Shown: positions 12,576-26,600, counted from the stretch's first letter. The stretch is DNA of 64,000 nucleotides from Camelus ferus (GCF_009834535.1 NC_045697.1:108440001-108504000); one strand, 5' to 3'. The notes: a model not told the origin generated them from the letters alone. Made by a program: numbers and translations.

Positions 12576-15329
12576 GGGCACTTTATTTTTATTACAACCT
12601 CCTGGTTGCAAAGAAGAAAAACACGGTCACAGAGGCTCAAGGGCAAGGCCATGCAGCAGTTTTATGACAGTGAACGGCCAGATACACCTCTGGACCCTGT
12701 GGGAACTGTGCTGGGACTAGGGTGCCGTTGAGGGCGGCAGCATATCCCCCTCCCCAGGATCTGCCTTCTCAGCATCCTTCTCACTGCACTTGGCTCCACA
12801 CTCCTCTCTTTAGTTTCCTCTTCTTCCCCGGGGTCTGCATTTGGGCTGGCCAGGGCTTGGACTGTGGCCATGACCTTTGGGCCCTCCCACAGCTAGTTCC
12901 CAAGGTCTCCATTCCAAATTCCTGGGAAAGAACGTCGGTGGGCTCCGGGCATTTGTTTGGCTATCAATTGGAAGACTTCAGCGAGGGGACCCCAAATAAG
13001 AGTTGGCTTAAAGAAGAGCGTTTGTTTCTCTCTTGGGAGATGGGAGAGTCTGTCTGCCGCAGCAGCTCTGCTCTGCAAAGTTGTCTGAGATCTAGGCTCC
13101 TCCCATCTTGCTGCTCTGTCGGCCAAGGGTGGCGACTTTGCCTAAATGGTCCAAGATCGCTCACCACCACTTCTGCACTGCAGGAGCCCTGAAATGGCAC
13201 GCATCACCTCCACTCCCATGGCCAGAATTTATCCACGTAACTGAGCCTGGCTTCAAAGTTGCCCAGAAAATGTCTCTTTGCTAGGCAGTCAGTGGGAGGG
13301 AAGCAGCTGTCTTGGGTGCACGCAGGTCAGTCATGGTGATGGGAAGCAGGGAGAACCCAGAGGGCCTGCGTGGTGGAACATGGTGGCCTGGGCCCTCCCT
13401 GCAGCAGAGCCAGTGAGGAGACTGGGACCCAGTGCTCACCCAGTACAAGCCCACCCTCTGCTGAATCCACACTCGGCCCTGCACTATACACAGTACAGTT
13501 ATGCAGCCGGACCTCCCACTTGCAAAAGCATGGAGGGTAAACATTTAGGGACCGGACCTGGGAGAGAGGACACCCCCCGGGGCCAGCGGCATGGGAGAGC
13601 CTTGGGAGTTTCATCTCAGAGAAAACACTTTATCTATTTGAGCCAAGGAGAGTGTATTAGGTTTCAGTTTGGGGGAAGGAGAAAAGAGAAAACAGGAGAG
13701 ACAGACAAGGGGCAATTTACAGGGGTCACGTTCAAATAAAAGGACTTTTCTATGAGTGTCAGTAAACTCTCTTACTCTCAGTTTCCTCCTCTAGATAAAA
13801 AGCGTTCATGAGAAAACTGGCTCCCGTTTGAGAAGCATCTCTGGGACCAGAATGTGCAGACCAGTTGGAGACATGGAAAGACTATTAATAGTGCGGCTGG
13901 GCAAAGCCAAGCTCAAGAAGTGTGAAATGCTTCTTCGGGGAGCTGACAGATCCTTTGAGAGCCCAGGGCCTCTCTGACTGGAACTGAGTCATCTTGGCCA
14001 ACACCTCAGATGTGACCTCTGGGGCCCTGTGTAAGGTGGGGCACAGATGGCCCAAGTGCAGCCCTCCCTGACGTCCCTCCTTCTCCTGCACTGGACACAG
14101 GGCAGGTCCTTGGTTCTCTGTATATCATATTTATTGGATTTTTTTCCCCTGAGTACAGAAGAAATAGACAATTGTCATAAAAAGTGTTTTTTGAAGATAG
14201 AGAATGGCACAAAAGAAGACTGAAAGCCACCTGTAATCCTATCATCCTGAAATAACCATTAACATTTTACAGTAACACACTATTGGTTTTACCTATGCAT
14301 GTATTTGCATATATTTGCATATATCAAATTCGGATTTTTACCAAATCCTTACTCTGTAACCTGCTTGCTTCACTTAATGACACCTTATAATTTCCCACAT
14401 CGTCAGAGGGCCTTTGATCATCTCATTTTTAACAGCTCAGCACATTTTCATGTAAGGATGCACAACAATTTAACTTGGACGTTTAGGTTAGTTCTATTTT
14501 TTGTTTATTTATTTTATTTTGCTACTATAAATATTGTTGCACTTCCATTATGATTACAGGGAAGTTAAATTCTTAGGTCAAAGTTGTTGTTTTGTAAGTT
14601 TTAGACACACATCACCAGAGTGTGAATATTCAAGTAGTGCTCGAAGAAGGCAGATGAAGGCCAGAGATCCACACCAGGCATCAGGGGGTGGAGAAGGCGG
14701 TGTAGACTGAGGACACTGACTCAATTTCTGATACCACAAAGGGGCAGTTCCTCAAGCTTGGAATTAGGTGGACCCCATCTCCCTCAGCAACCCCTGCTCC
14801 AGATCCGAAGAGTCCCATAATGATCTATAGAAGATTTCTCTTTTGTGACTATACTGGACCCATCTTAGGGATTCTGGCAAATCTTGATCTGGCCTACAGC
14901 CATTATTTCTGAAAGCCAGACTTTTGACAGAAGTACATTAAACCTTGTTAAAAAAAATAGCATTTTTAGTTCATGCTATCATCATCGTTACTTATTCACA
15001 TGTGTTGACGGGGGAGTGGGCGGAAGGGTGATGTTGGTGTTGGCATGGCAACCGGCGACTCACTGAACTCCCTTCACAGTCCATGGTGGCTTCTCTGACT
15101 TACCAGGGCCAGAAATGGATGTTTTTCCCTATGTGTCGTTGGCTTAATGGTAGAGAACAGATTACCCACTCATGATCTAACCCTTTTCTATTCTGTTGAT
15201 ATTTTCAGTTTGTGCCGCCTTCGGGGACAGTGAGTTTTGCGAGTTTACTTCCCACCTGTGAAGTCAGCTTTCTTTTCATCTACAGTTACCTCTTTTAGAC
15301 TGTACAACATGCTCCCTAATTATTAGAAT

Positions 15330-15540
15330 AGCTAATACCATGGTACTATGGTACCAGGCACCCTACAAAGTGCTTTGTATATGTTACCTCTTTTAATCCT
15401 TAAAGACTGGATGTGGATACTGTCATTACCATCTTTTCTTAAACGGATGAGGAAACTGAAGCAGAGGTCAAGGGGCTTGCTGTAGCATACAGAGTTCACA
15501 AGATGAGGATGTGAGCTTGAGCGGTTGGACTCCTGGGGCT
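15330..15540 (-). mobile_element. MIR SINE
   Basis: tttaatcct...gatgaggaaactgaagcagaggtcaaggggcttg. Confidence 0.6.
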
Positions 15541-15959
15541 GAGGGACCACCCACTCCCGACCCTGGAGTCCAGGGCATACGGGGTCTTCCCCTTCTGCTG
15601 TGGGATCTGGATCTGGATCTGGGGTTGAATGGACCAGTCCATGGTCAAGCATGAGTTTCTGTCTCATGCTATAGTCCTTGAATCTATTCTTTCTCAGACA
15701 TTCTAGGATGGAAGGTATGCACATATCCACCTGTCTTCATGTAAAGGTTTATTCCTTTACTTGCCTGGTTTAACAAATCCCGGAAATTTAAACAAGATTT
15801 TCCTCTCCTTTCTTTTAGTCACACAAATAGTACACGAACCTCATCAGCTCTCAGTTCCTTCACCTACAAAATGTAAGATCTAAAAGCTGGCTCATATGAG
15901 GACAGTGAAGATGTTATGGGAAGAGCCTGGCAGGCCCCAGGACTTTTTACTAAGAATCT

Positions 15960-16240
15960 ATTAAAATGGACAGTCTCCTTTCACTGGAATGGCTAAGCTG
16001 GTAAGTTATCAGCTTGGATCTTCCAGGGCCACCAGATAAAGAAAGTCTGGCTAAGAATGAAATCAACACCAAAAGACAGAGAAAGGAGCCCAAGCCTTGA
16101 TGACACTGTATGATTATGAGTCCCTGGATCCAGCCACACCTGAAGCTCCTCTACTTTTAGACTGTCCAACTAAATGAGCTAAAGAAATCTAACCTTTGCT
16201 TTTCATTATTATTTAAACTGGTCTGAATTGGGTTTCCCAA
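15960..16240 (+). mobile_element. MLT1-type LTR fragment
   Basis: gagtccctggatccagccacacctgaagct...aactaaatgagctaaa...tttaaactggtctgaattgggtttc. Confidence 0.55.
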
Positions 16241-16359
16241 CATGTGTTCCTAAAGTCTTCAAGTCCTGATTTACCTTAATTCCCAACGCCAGACCAAAGG
16301 AGGGTGGAGTCCGTCTCTTCTTCCCAAGAGTTTAAATGAAAATAAGTACATAGGGAAGG

Positions 16360-16407
16360 ACACACACGCGCGCGCGCGCGCACACATGTGCGTATGTACG
16401 TATATGT
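16360..16407. repeat. (CA)n(CG)7 alternating purine-pyrimidine tract
   Basis: acacacacgcgcgcgcgcgcgcacacatgtgcgtatgtacgtatatgt. Confidence 0.9.
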
Positions 16408-17889
16408 TTTTTCCCATCTATGTAAGTCCTGTTCAGAAACTGTCTACCTAAAAAAGTCAGACAACAAACCCAAGAAAATGGAATAAATACTCTTCTTGCC
16501 CTTTTCTTTGATTGAGTTTCCTCAAACCTAGGAGAGAATTTTCAGAACCAAAAAAAAGACTGTGTAGAGGGCCTCTTCATTGCTGGATGCTTATGATAAG
16601 AAGATTGATTTTACTGGGGAAATTTTGAGTCCAAGGACTAGGAAGGCTGTCGAGAAGGCTATATATAAAACAAACACTACTCTCCGAGTCTCGCAGTGTT
16701 ACTTGGCCTCCCAGGGGTTTCCAAACCAGTCTAAGTGTTTACAGTGAGGCAGGTAAGTGCCACTGGGTGGACGCATTCTTGAAAGAAAACCACGTGTGTG
16801 AGAGAATCAATAAAATATGCAAACGAAGCCTCAGACTGGAGCACGTGGATGGGGGTATGTTAACTCCCCTTGATGAGGACAGTTACAGCTCTGAGAGTTT
16901 CTCTGGGGCTTTGGTTGTGAGTTGTTTGCAGAGAGTGTGAACTTGGGCAGCAATTAGCCAAGGAAGGGGAAGCATTAGCCCCCGCCCTTCCTCACTGTCC
17001 TAGGGGGCTGTAAATTACCAGAAGAACATATCAGCACCAGGCACCCCAAAAATGCACAGATCCTCCCACAAAGCTACTCCAGGGATGCGCGAAGTGAGGT
17101 CTAAATGATGAAATGACGTTTTGTTCTTCCGCCGGCACCAGAGAGCTGCTGTTTGGCTACTACTGTGTCTTTGAAACTCACCGTAAGGAGCGTTGATGCC
17201 ACTGGAAACTTAGCTGTGCCCTGTTTTAAAGACGTACCCTTTGGTGGGAGATTGCAGCTGGGTTTTCCAAGCCCCGTTTTTGGTAGTCTATCACTTCAGC
17301 AAGGTCTTCCTCCTCAGGTGAGCCGACGGAGCCGAGGCCGCGGGGCTATATTAGCAGCCGTGTGGGGCCCGTGGACTGAGGATGCCTGTGGCCAGCTCAG
17401 CCCTGTCACTTACAGCTGTGATCATGGCACCTTGACGATCCTTTTTTGAGCCTTGGTTTTTCTTCTGTGTAAAATATACTGCTAATACCTATTTCATAGC
17501 TTTGTGGTCGAGATTAAAAGTAGGTAATAGATTCATGATCCCTTTGTAAACAGAAAAGCACCAAAGACACAAGAGATGTTATTTTGCGGACCCCTAAGGT
17601 TGTGTTTCAGAAGCCACATAGTAAATATTCACACACAAACACACCAAAAAACCAGCTATATATGGGGAGAATGTGATTTTCTATTATGCAATAAGTTTAT
17701 TAAAAATGTAGCAGGTAAACTTTTACACCCTAGGGCTTATCCATGGAAAAGAATCAGAAGGGACCCAGTTCTGAAGTAGATAAGGATGCAAAAGTTTTGA
17801 ATCCCTCTAAATGCTGAAAAGGACCAGAGGAAGTTTTGGAACTTGCCCTTGTGTTCCTTGTGGTTGGACGGCTGTAGACTAGTTGTGAG

Positions 17890-18060
17890 CGCACAGGTTT
17901 TGGAACCAGAACAGCCAATGTTTGAATCCTTGCCAATTTGGTCTTCTGCATATTTCTTTCCTCCGAGCGGTTTCCTCATCTGTAACACTGGAATTCAAAC
18001 ACATACCAGGGAGCGTTAGTGTGAGGGTTCAACGAGAGGATGCAGGGAAAGCTGTTAGCC
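17890..18060 (+). mobile_element. MIR SINE
   Basis: tttgaatccttgcc...cggtttcctcatctgtaacactgga...gtgagggttcaacgaga. Confidence 0.6.
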
Positions 18061-21000
18061 AAAAATAGCTATCTTTGGAGGAAACTTGAGCTTTCAGACT
18101 AGTTAAAGAAAAGTCATTTTTTTTAAGGCAATGGAGAAAACAGACACATAAAAACTATCTGAAATTTGTCAGTAGATTCGGCTCTCTCTGTCTTTTCTGC
18201 TTTCCAGCCACTGATGATTTTCTCTCTCCTCTCTCCTTATTGTCATCTCAACTGCGTGTTGCTCTGATTTCCTATAAACCCTGTGGAAATGAAACACTTA
18301 ATGACATGTCCAACTTTTAGAAGGATTTCAGTAAGGGCAGCTCTGCTGTGGGTGCTGCTCCACATTAATCCACTGGATGAAGAATCTATCCCCCGCATCC
18401 AGACTGTTGGAGGAGAGGTTCGAACAGAGGGGCAGGCTAGCAGAACTGGACGGGTTCCCAGATCCAATCGCGTCAAATCCTTCCAGTTCTGCTTCATTGT
18501 GTTGTTTGAAATAAATTCCCAGAACATAAGATTTTGCCACATGAAAATAAAAAAGCCCCAAATCCCCATATAAATTTTATTTGGCTGATCAGCTTCTTGA
18601 AGACAGTCAAAGCTGTTTTCTTCGCCATCAGGGAGAAAAGAATCGAGTTGATGCTGGTAAAATGGGGAATAGCTTAGAAACACCAGAAACTGTATGTTTA
18701 GCATTCGATTCATACCTCGTCTTAGGATGACCAGATACCACCTGCTTTCTTTCTCAGTCCAAGCATGAGTACAAATCACATTTATATAGTAAAATGACAA
18801 ATCTCCCCACAGGTTTGACAGAGGAATGAGGACTGTGTCTTATTCCACACTACATGCATAGCCCAGCACAGTTGCTGGCAACAGATAATAATCTATATAA
18901 GTGGATAAACATAAGATTTATCCAAAGAACAGTTTTGCCTTCAACAAAGTAACTAACTAGTTAGAAAGAGTTGTAGAGGGGAAAGCACTTCCATAACATG
19001 CATTGAAAGCCTTACAGCTGTGCTAAGTGCTAGGGATTCAAAAACAAGCATGGCAGGGTTCCTGCTTCACGAGGCTCAGTCCGGCAGGAATAAGGTCCAG
19101 GTTCTTGGTTGCAGACAATATGATCCACTGTAGCTAGTTTAAGCCGAAAGGGATTAATTGAGGTTTATAAATATCTCACAAAATCATGGGAAGAAACAAG
19201 CTTCAGGCTGGGCTTCAAGACTCCACCAGGATAGCTTGCCAAAAGACAAGCTGTCGTTGCTACAGACAGGAACCTCTGAGTTAGGAAGCCATCGCCACCA
19301 CGGCTAGGCTGGCGCCGGAACCACATCACATCTGCCATTATCCGAGCCAGCAGAATGAATGGCCTACTTCTTGCTTCTTTTCCCGTGAAAGTTAGATCTG
19401 ACTCAAGTCCTGCAGGAGCGTATCTGACTGGCAAACTATAAATCAATATCTGACTCAAGGGCAAGAGGCTGGGAAATGTAAGGCATTCTTCGAAGGGAAT
19501 CTGAGATTTGTACCATGGGGAGCCATCAGAACATGGAGAAGCTGTTCCAAAGATCTGAGGTTGCTGTGAATGACAATAGTTCACTACAATAATTAAATAA
19601 ACCACTCCGGTAGCAGGTGCGAACCATGTGGCTGATGTGTACCCAGAATGCTTTGGGACTACAGAGACGTTTAAATAACCATGCATGACAGGGGCAGCAT
19701 GGAAGTTAATCTGCTGAATTGGGCCTCGACTGAGGAGGACTCAGCCAAGCAAAGAAGTGCAGGGAAAAAACCTTCCAGTGACATTCAACATCCCAAAAAC
19801 TATGCCAGTAAATGTGAACCAGCTGGCCTCGTGCTCTGAGTGAGGAGCAGCTGTGACCGGCAGGCCCGTGCCTGGTCCTGAGGGACCCCGGGCCAGGGCA
19901 GCAAGAGGAAATCTACAAGCATCTCTAGGAGGCCAAGTGTCCCTGACGTGGACAGGACATCACGGCGCTGTGCTGGAGGAGATGCCAGAGATGGCCTTGC
20001 TGTCTTCTCCCCTCCCCTAGCTGTGGAGTGGCACTGGCCTGAGGACAGCTAATCCACATGCTGGCCAGTGACCTCCGAGTCGGCACGGAGCCACACTGGG
20101 CCTGGGCAGAGACAATAGTGATCAGCTGCTGAAATCTGATTCTCTCTTTCCAAGGACTCAACTGAGGGGAAAGTGAGATAATTTATCAGTGGATTCACAG
20201 AACCAGAAGCAGAAAAGACTCACCTGCACATCAGACAGCAGAGACCAAGGGGCCCAGATAGAACCCAAGTTAGGCATAAAGAGAAGACATGCAATCAACA
20301 AGATATAGGACGAATGCCCTGGCCAGAGGGTGGGGGACTTCATTGGGAAGGCGGGAACAAAGCCCGGGCAGAGGGGGCTGAGTCAGTAAGGGCAGAGAAT
20401 CAAGAAACTCCTACTAAGGAGGCATTGAGAGGACCCTGTCTCAAGAGCTGTGCTGGATCCTTCCATGTCCTACACTCTGTCCCAAGCTCTGCAAGGCCTG
20501 GCCTGTGCTCCTGGGAGGTCCTGTCTTTTTAATTCCCCCCTGCAGCCTTCCCCAGCCACCCTGGGAGGTAGCTTTCCAGCATCCCTGTTCCTTGCATCAA
20601 CTCACACAGAGGAAGCTGAAAGGCCTGGAACCTGGCCCGACCAACACGAAGGGTGAAAATATTTTTCTTAAAATGAAAAAGGAAACCAGAGTTAAAGTGA
20701 CAACAGCTTAAATTTAGATTGAACTGTATTGAACTTGTACCTATATGTTTGTTATTTACCCAAATGCCGTGTCATGTTTATTGACTTGAGTTGCTAAGAA
20801 AATGTTGCTCAGAGTAGAACAATGTGTGCTCTGATCACACCCTCCCACTCCAATACCCTTTGACCCCCTGGCTTCCTTCCTGGAGATGAAGTTCAAGTGT
20901 ATAAGGGAGCTGAGGTCACCGGTAAAGCAGGGAGCAGACATGCATATTTTATTTTAAAATTGTAAAGGAAACAGCCTTGATATTCACAATGATACTGTCC

Positions 21001-23268
21001 AACTTTCTTACACATATCTGGTGCTTTTAAAAGCACATTGATTGATAATGTTTAAAAATCAAAGCTCTTTCAAATAAAAGTGTTTGCTTCTGTGTGAGGT
21101 TAGATTGGAGAAAGAAGGGCTCTGGGTTACTGCCCTTCTTTCTCCAGTCTAAACAGAGCAGCCTTCTCCCATTACAGGAACACCCCCTGCCATCACTAAG
21201 CTCAGCCCGTCCATCCACCTGGCTTCCACTGGTCCTGAGAAGGGAGGGGTGCATGGGGCCCAGTGGGAAGCTGAGAGGTGCAGTGGGCGAGCAGGAGAGG
21301 AGAGCACCCCTCTCCCAGGAGGAACCAGAGCCCTGGGAGGGCAGAGTGAGCAGTGACCCAGCAGGAGTTAGAGAGGATGTGGAAGTACACCCAGACCTGG
21401 GGCAGGGTCATTTTTGCATTCATTCATTCCTTCATTCCTTCCTTCAGCAAGAACTAAAAGGCATTGTCTCTGTTCTGAGTTGTTGAAAGCCAGGGAGTCT
21501 GGCCATCAGGCTGATTCTACATGAGGTGACACAGAGGAGGTGTCTGGCCTCATGAAATAGACGTGAATTGTGTGATGGGGTGACTCCCAAGTGGGCCAGC
21601 TGGGATCCTGGTTGGGCTCCAGCACCATCCCACAGGAGCAGGTCAGAGAGAGGTGACAGGCAAACAACATCAACAAACAGGTACCAGGGACCCCAGGCAG
21701 CATGTCGGTTAGGACATCTGCTTTTATCATTAGAATTATTAGCTAAAAGCTATCTTTTATCGAGCCCTTACTAGGTATTGGACACTGTGCCAAGCACTCC
21801 CTGTGCTCTTCTCGTTTAATCCTCACAACCACCCCAGGAGGGAGGTAAAGCTGCAAGTCAGTGGCCCACAGCCCGCAAATGCTCAGGTGGGACCCACCCA
21901 GGTCAGGGAGGCGCTCATGGACCGCCTAGGTCCACGGGCATCTAGAAGCATAGATGTTCTGGTCCCCACCTGCTCTGGTGGGAGGAACTCCGATTTGAAT
22001 GCATGGTTCTCACAGAGCCTGGGATCCAGGGCAGCTGAGATCGGGCTGGACCGGAAGGATGGAACCATACAGCATCTGCTCGTTGAGCACTGAACCAGCT
22101 CTCTGAGGTCGTGCCTCCCGACAAGTCTGCGTGAGACATTGTGGATGTTCTGGCGTTGAACTAAGTTCAGCAGATCGGGGGAGACAAAACAGGGGAGTGA
22201 GGCAGAGCCTACAAGAAGGAAGGTTGTTCTAGATTTGTGGGGTTCAGGGGCTGTCTTTCAACAGTTACTTTCCTGAAATGAAAGGTAAAAGTGTCCAAGA
22301 AGGCTGGGGAAATAAGGACGCACAAGGTCAAGCGGCAGAAAATTAAAGGACTCGCTGTTAATCAATCACACAAAGGAGCCACCTGCACCAGTAGCAGAGA
22401 AAAATACCAATAAAACAAAAAAGCACAGGGATGAGCGTTGGAGACGAGGGACGTGAGCCTTGAAGAGGGATTTGCACGGATGCAGTTGGGAGGGTTCACC
22501 GTTAGCGATGCCCCTCTTCACTGAGACTCTGTTCTTTTCTCCTAACGTGCTGGTCCGGAGGGGTATTTTATTGAATACCCACTGTGAAGAAATAGGCTCA
22601 TTTAAATAAAAATTTAACATTAAGGTGATAATCAGTCTTTAAACTGGAAACTAGGGGGCCGATTTGTCTTGGTCAGTCACGTCACCATTTAGATGCTGAT
22701 TGATTTTTGTTCTTTTTCTTTCTCCCTCCCTGAGAGTCCTCCCCAACCCTCTTCGCTGTGATTTCTTATTCGCTGCTCCAGTAATCAAGGCACTGCTCAC
22801 GGGGGCTGTCCATTCCATGCAGGCACCACGGGGCAGGCAGCAAGGGTGACTCCCAACCAGATCTCCTTTCCTGGTGCCCCAGGGGCTTGGAACAGGAATT
22901 GGACAGAATGTCGTGGGAGTTGAGCCAAGGGAACGGGTCTTCCTGCTAGGAAGGTTCAGGGATGGCCTCCTGGAGGGGGAGCCGGTCCCGAAAGGGGGCA
23001 TTTTTAAGTCGTGACAGGGAACTCCAGGACAAGAGAAGAAAATGTCAGGGCGGGAGGAGAGGGATGGGAGAAGAACGGGGAACTGGGAGAGAGAGGGAGG
23101 CGGGACCAAGAGTCTGGGCAAGGACGTGTTTTGCAAGATAAACCTATTAAAGCTGCCACTTGCTCTGGCCTTTGTACCCTGTGCGCTTGGGTCTCTGGGG
23201 GCGGGAGGGGTCAGCAGAGTTCTTCTCCCAAGTCTTCCCCAAATGGAGTGCCATCAGAAAGCTTTTTG

Positions 23269-23489
23269 TGATGAACAGATACACACTACTATACATAAAA
23301 TAGATAACCGACAAGGACCTACTGTACAGCACAGGGAACTAGATTCAATACCTTGTAATAGCCTGTAATGAAAAAAATATGAAAACAAAGTATATATATG
23401 TATATGAATAAGTGAATGACTTTGCTATATACACCTGAAACTAGCATTATAAATCAACTACACTTCAATAAAAAATAAAATTAAAAAAA
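23269..23489 (+). mobile_element. 5'-truncated L1 (cetartiodactyl-type 3' UTR end)
   Basis: acaaggacctactgtacagcacagggaact...tacacctgaaact...aaatcaactacacttcaataaa plus poly(A). TSD agaa(a/t)gctttttg at 23256-23268 and 23490-23502. Confidence 0.9.
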
Positions 23490-23549
23490 AGAATGCTTTT
23501 TGCTTTCAGTCACTCTTAGTCACATCCACCTGTGTGTGTATTTTCTGAG

Positions 23550-23702
23550 CAATGGTTCTCAGTCCTTAACAGACACCAGAGTCGCAGGCTGCTGGCCACC
23601 CAGCACACTCTGATTTTCAGACTCAGAAGGTCTGAGGGGCCAGGATTTGTCCATCTGGCAATTTGATGCTGCTAGTCTGGGACCACACTTTGAGAAACAC
23701 CG
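23550..23702. mobile_element. MER5-like hAT-Charlie MITE
   Basis: Terminal inverted ends caatggttctca / tgagaaacaccg, plus the ggaccacactttgaga motif. Confidence 0.7.
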
Positions 23703-26054
23703 CTCTGAAGTCTTCTTAAAGAGGCCACTAAAGCATCTGAGTAAAAACTACGTTTGTTTTGTCAGGATAACAGCTTTATTGTTCTTTTTAAAGAAATCTC
23801 ATCAAATGAGATGAGCCAACTGAAGTTCCAGGACTCCACCTCTCCCAAATTCCCAGGCTTCAAATGACCGAGTTGGACCCAGAGCTCATCTACTAAGTAG
23901 AGAATACCTTTGGGCAGGAGCCTGTGAGCCACCCGGGGCAGGAGGTGGGGGTGCCCTGAGACAGAGCGGTTCTCACGGCCACTCTAGCAGGGATGAGGCC
24001 CTCCATCCTCAGGGCGTCACTAGTAAACTTGCACTTAAATACCTCTCGCACCCAGGAGGCTAGAGGGCGCCAAAGAAGTTACCAGAACCAGTCCTGGGTC
24101 TGGACTACAAGGTTGCGCCTGGTGGAGACCCCCTGAGCCTGTCCGGAAACCTCCCTGCTCGCTGCTGGCGGAGGGGAGACCACCTGGCTCTCTGCGCCTG
24201 TGAGCATCTCATTCTCCCAGGGAGGGCTTGGCCTCTGGACTCCCCAGCTTGGGTCTTATTTTCCACTTATTAAAGAAAGATAAAAAATCTTTCACAAAAA
24301 CCTCCCAGAAGCTTAAGAAGCAGGGGCCATCAGACAGGTCGTATTTGTACAAAAGAAATGTCTATGTTAAGGTGATCATTTCCTTCCGGTTTATCACAGA
24401 GAATTTCTAAAGCAATCGTGTTCTCTCTTTCTCCAATAAGCTCATGAATCTGCTGCGCACATTTTATTTGGAGCAAATGGGTAAAGGACGGGGAAGGGAA
24501 GAGGGAGGGCTTGGGAAGAAGTTTTCTTTAGAAATGTCATTTGAGAAGATTGTGTATGTATGTAGCCAAAGCAAGCCACCAAGCATGTGGAATATCATGT
24601 TAGTTGTTGCCATTTCTGGTGGTGGAATTAGGTGTGGTCTTTATTTATTCCTTGCTCTTGTGTGTATTTTGCAGTTAAAAAAAAAAAGCATGTTTTTAAA
24701 ACCAATCTTAGGTCCCAATGTCTCTGGGGTGCAGTGTGTGTACAGCAGCCCAAATCCACAGGCAAATGGTGACAAGAGAGAAAAATTCAAATAGGGAAGA
24801 GGGGCTGCCATCCAGGGAAGTCTGAGGAAATGGGTGTCGGCTGGTTCGAAGAAAGTAAAAAATGCATACAATTTTATTTCTGAAATCAGAACTGATCTTT
24901 AATCCAGGAGAAAGAAGAGGCAGGTGCGGAGCGTTCAGTTAACGGAGGGCAGGGGTGCAGTGGGCGAGAGACACCTTCTGTACTCCGGGATCGCCCTGTG
25001 TCCTCACCCCGGGGCCACAGGGCCCTCACCTTCCTCCAGGGACATGGGGTGAGGAGCCTGGCGACTGGATTCCCACGACTGCTGAAGCAAGCCCTGGCTG
25101 CCTCCTCTCCGGAAAGGACTGAGTTTCTTTTCCTCTTCTTTCTCTCCTCCTCTCCTGTCCTCTCCGCAGCTCCCTGTAAAGAGGAATTATTCCCAATGCT
25201 GTGAAGTCTCCCCTTCCTCCGGGTCCTGCCCTTCTCTCTTTGGCTCTTCCCTTGCACGTCCCAGGCCCGGCTCCAGACCCCTGGGAGACGATGCTGCTAC
25301 GTGACTCACCTCTTCAGCCCACAGGTGCCTCTCACACACTGCGGGCTTCACGGTTGGGCTCACCTTCCCCCGGGTATTGTCAGCATTCTTTGTGACCTTT
25401 CCTAATTCTTGGACTAGAGATCACCTATACAAGTCAATGATGGCCATCAAAACTGACAGCGCATTAGAACAGTAGGAGCTTATCTCCAATCTATCAATTG
25501 ACAAAGATTTTTAAAGGACCACATGTGGAGTCTTGGGCATCCATCCTCTCATGTACAGGTATGGGGTGTGTAAATTAATGAAATGTTCCAGGAGGGCAAT
25601 TGGCAAAGTTATAAAAAGTTTTCAGACCACAGCGTACCACTTGACCTAGCAATTCCACTTCCGGTGATTAACTTAAGAAAATAAATCAGAGATGGACATG
25701 AACAATTATGCTCAGGATGTTTGTTCATTATAGCTTTATTTATATTATTTTTAAAGGAATGACAATAGGGGATTGATTAAGTAAATGGGTAATAAATGTA
25801 TATAATGGAATACTGTGCAGTGATTATAAATTGTGTTACAGACGTCTATTTGGTTACATAGGAAATCGTTCGTGGTAAATTGTCAAATAAATTACTGAGT
25901 ACAGCCAGCCTGCTGGGACCACAGCCCTCTCCTGAGCAAGTCGTCATCAACAGCCGCTTGCATTCGTGACATGTGACACCTCCTTCTGCCCTGGTCCAGA
26001 GGTCTGTGGTCTAGAAAACTAAGACAAAAATCACTTTTCCCCTGCTGGCCTTTT

Positions 26055-26600
26055 TAAAAACTGTTGGTGAAAGAGAACCCAAACCAAACAAGTTTAGGAA
26101 CAAAGGTATTTAATTGGCTAATAACCCAAGTCAGGGCTGGATTCAGCTGAGAAAACATCAGTAGTTCAATGATGTCACCTGGTTTCTTTCTAGGGCCGTA
26201 TTTATCTCTCTCCCCAGTCTCCCTCATGAATGGCCTCTGAGTTGGTCACTGACAAGGGTAATTGGTGTGTTTCAGTCTCTGCTGGGAGGCGGCTGGAGTT
26301 GCCCCTCATTTCATTACCCCTTAGATTGAGCAGGACACAGAGGCTTTCTTCTCTACCTTCCAGGGAGCTGATGGCATAGGTTTATCTTCACTTTATGGCT
26401 GCAGAAGTTTCGTCTTTACCTCCTAACTTCCAGAGGAGGAGAGAGAAAACCTTCGGTAGCTTCTGTGCAAGTTCTGGGATCAAGGCCTTCATTTGCCCAA
26501 GTTTTATCACATGACCATCCTTGACCCAATCACTGAATTCAAGGGGATGAGATGGGATGCCCCAGTTGGCTAGAGCCAGGTCACCAGAGGTAAAAGGAAG
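26055..26600 (-). mobile_element. MLT1-type LTR fragment
   Basis: gagaacccaaaccaaacaagtttagg...ggtatttaattggctaataac...cagggctggattcag...tcacatgaccatccttgacccaatcactg. Confidence 0.5.

Noticed and set aside
12314..12652. Tyr/Ile-rich 112-aa ORF resembling a membrane peptide
   Set aside because: Translation of the AT-rich low-complexity tract.
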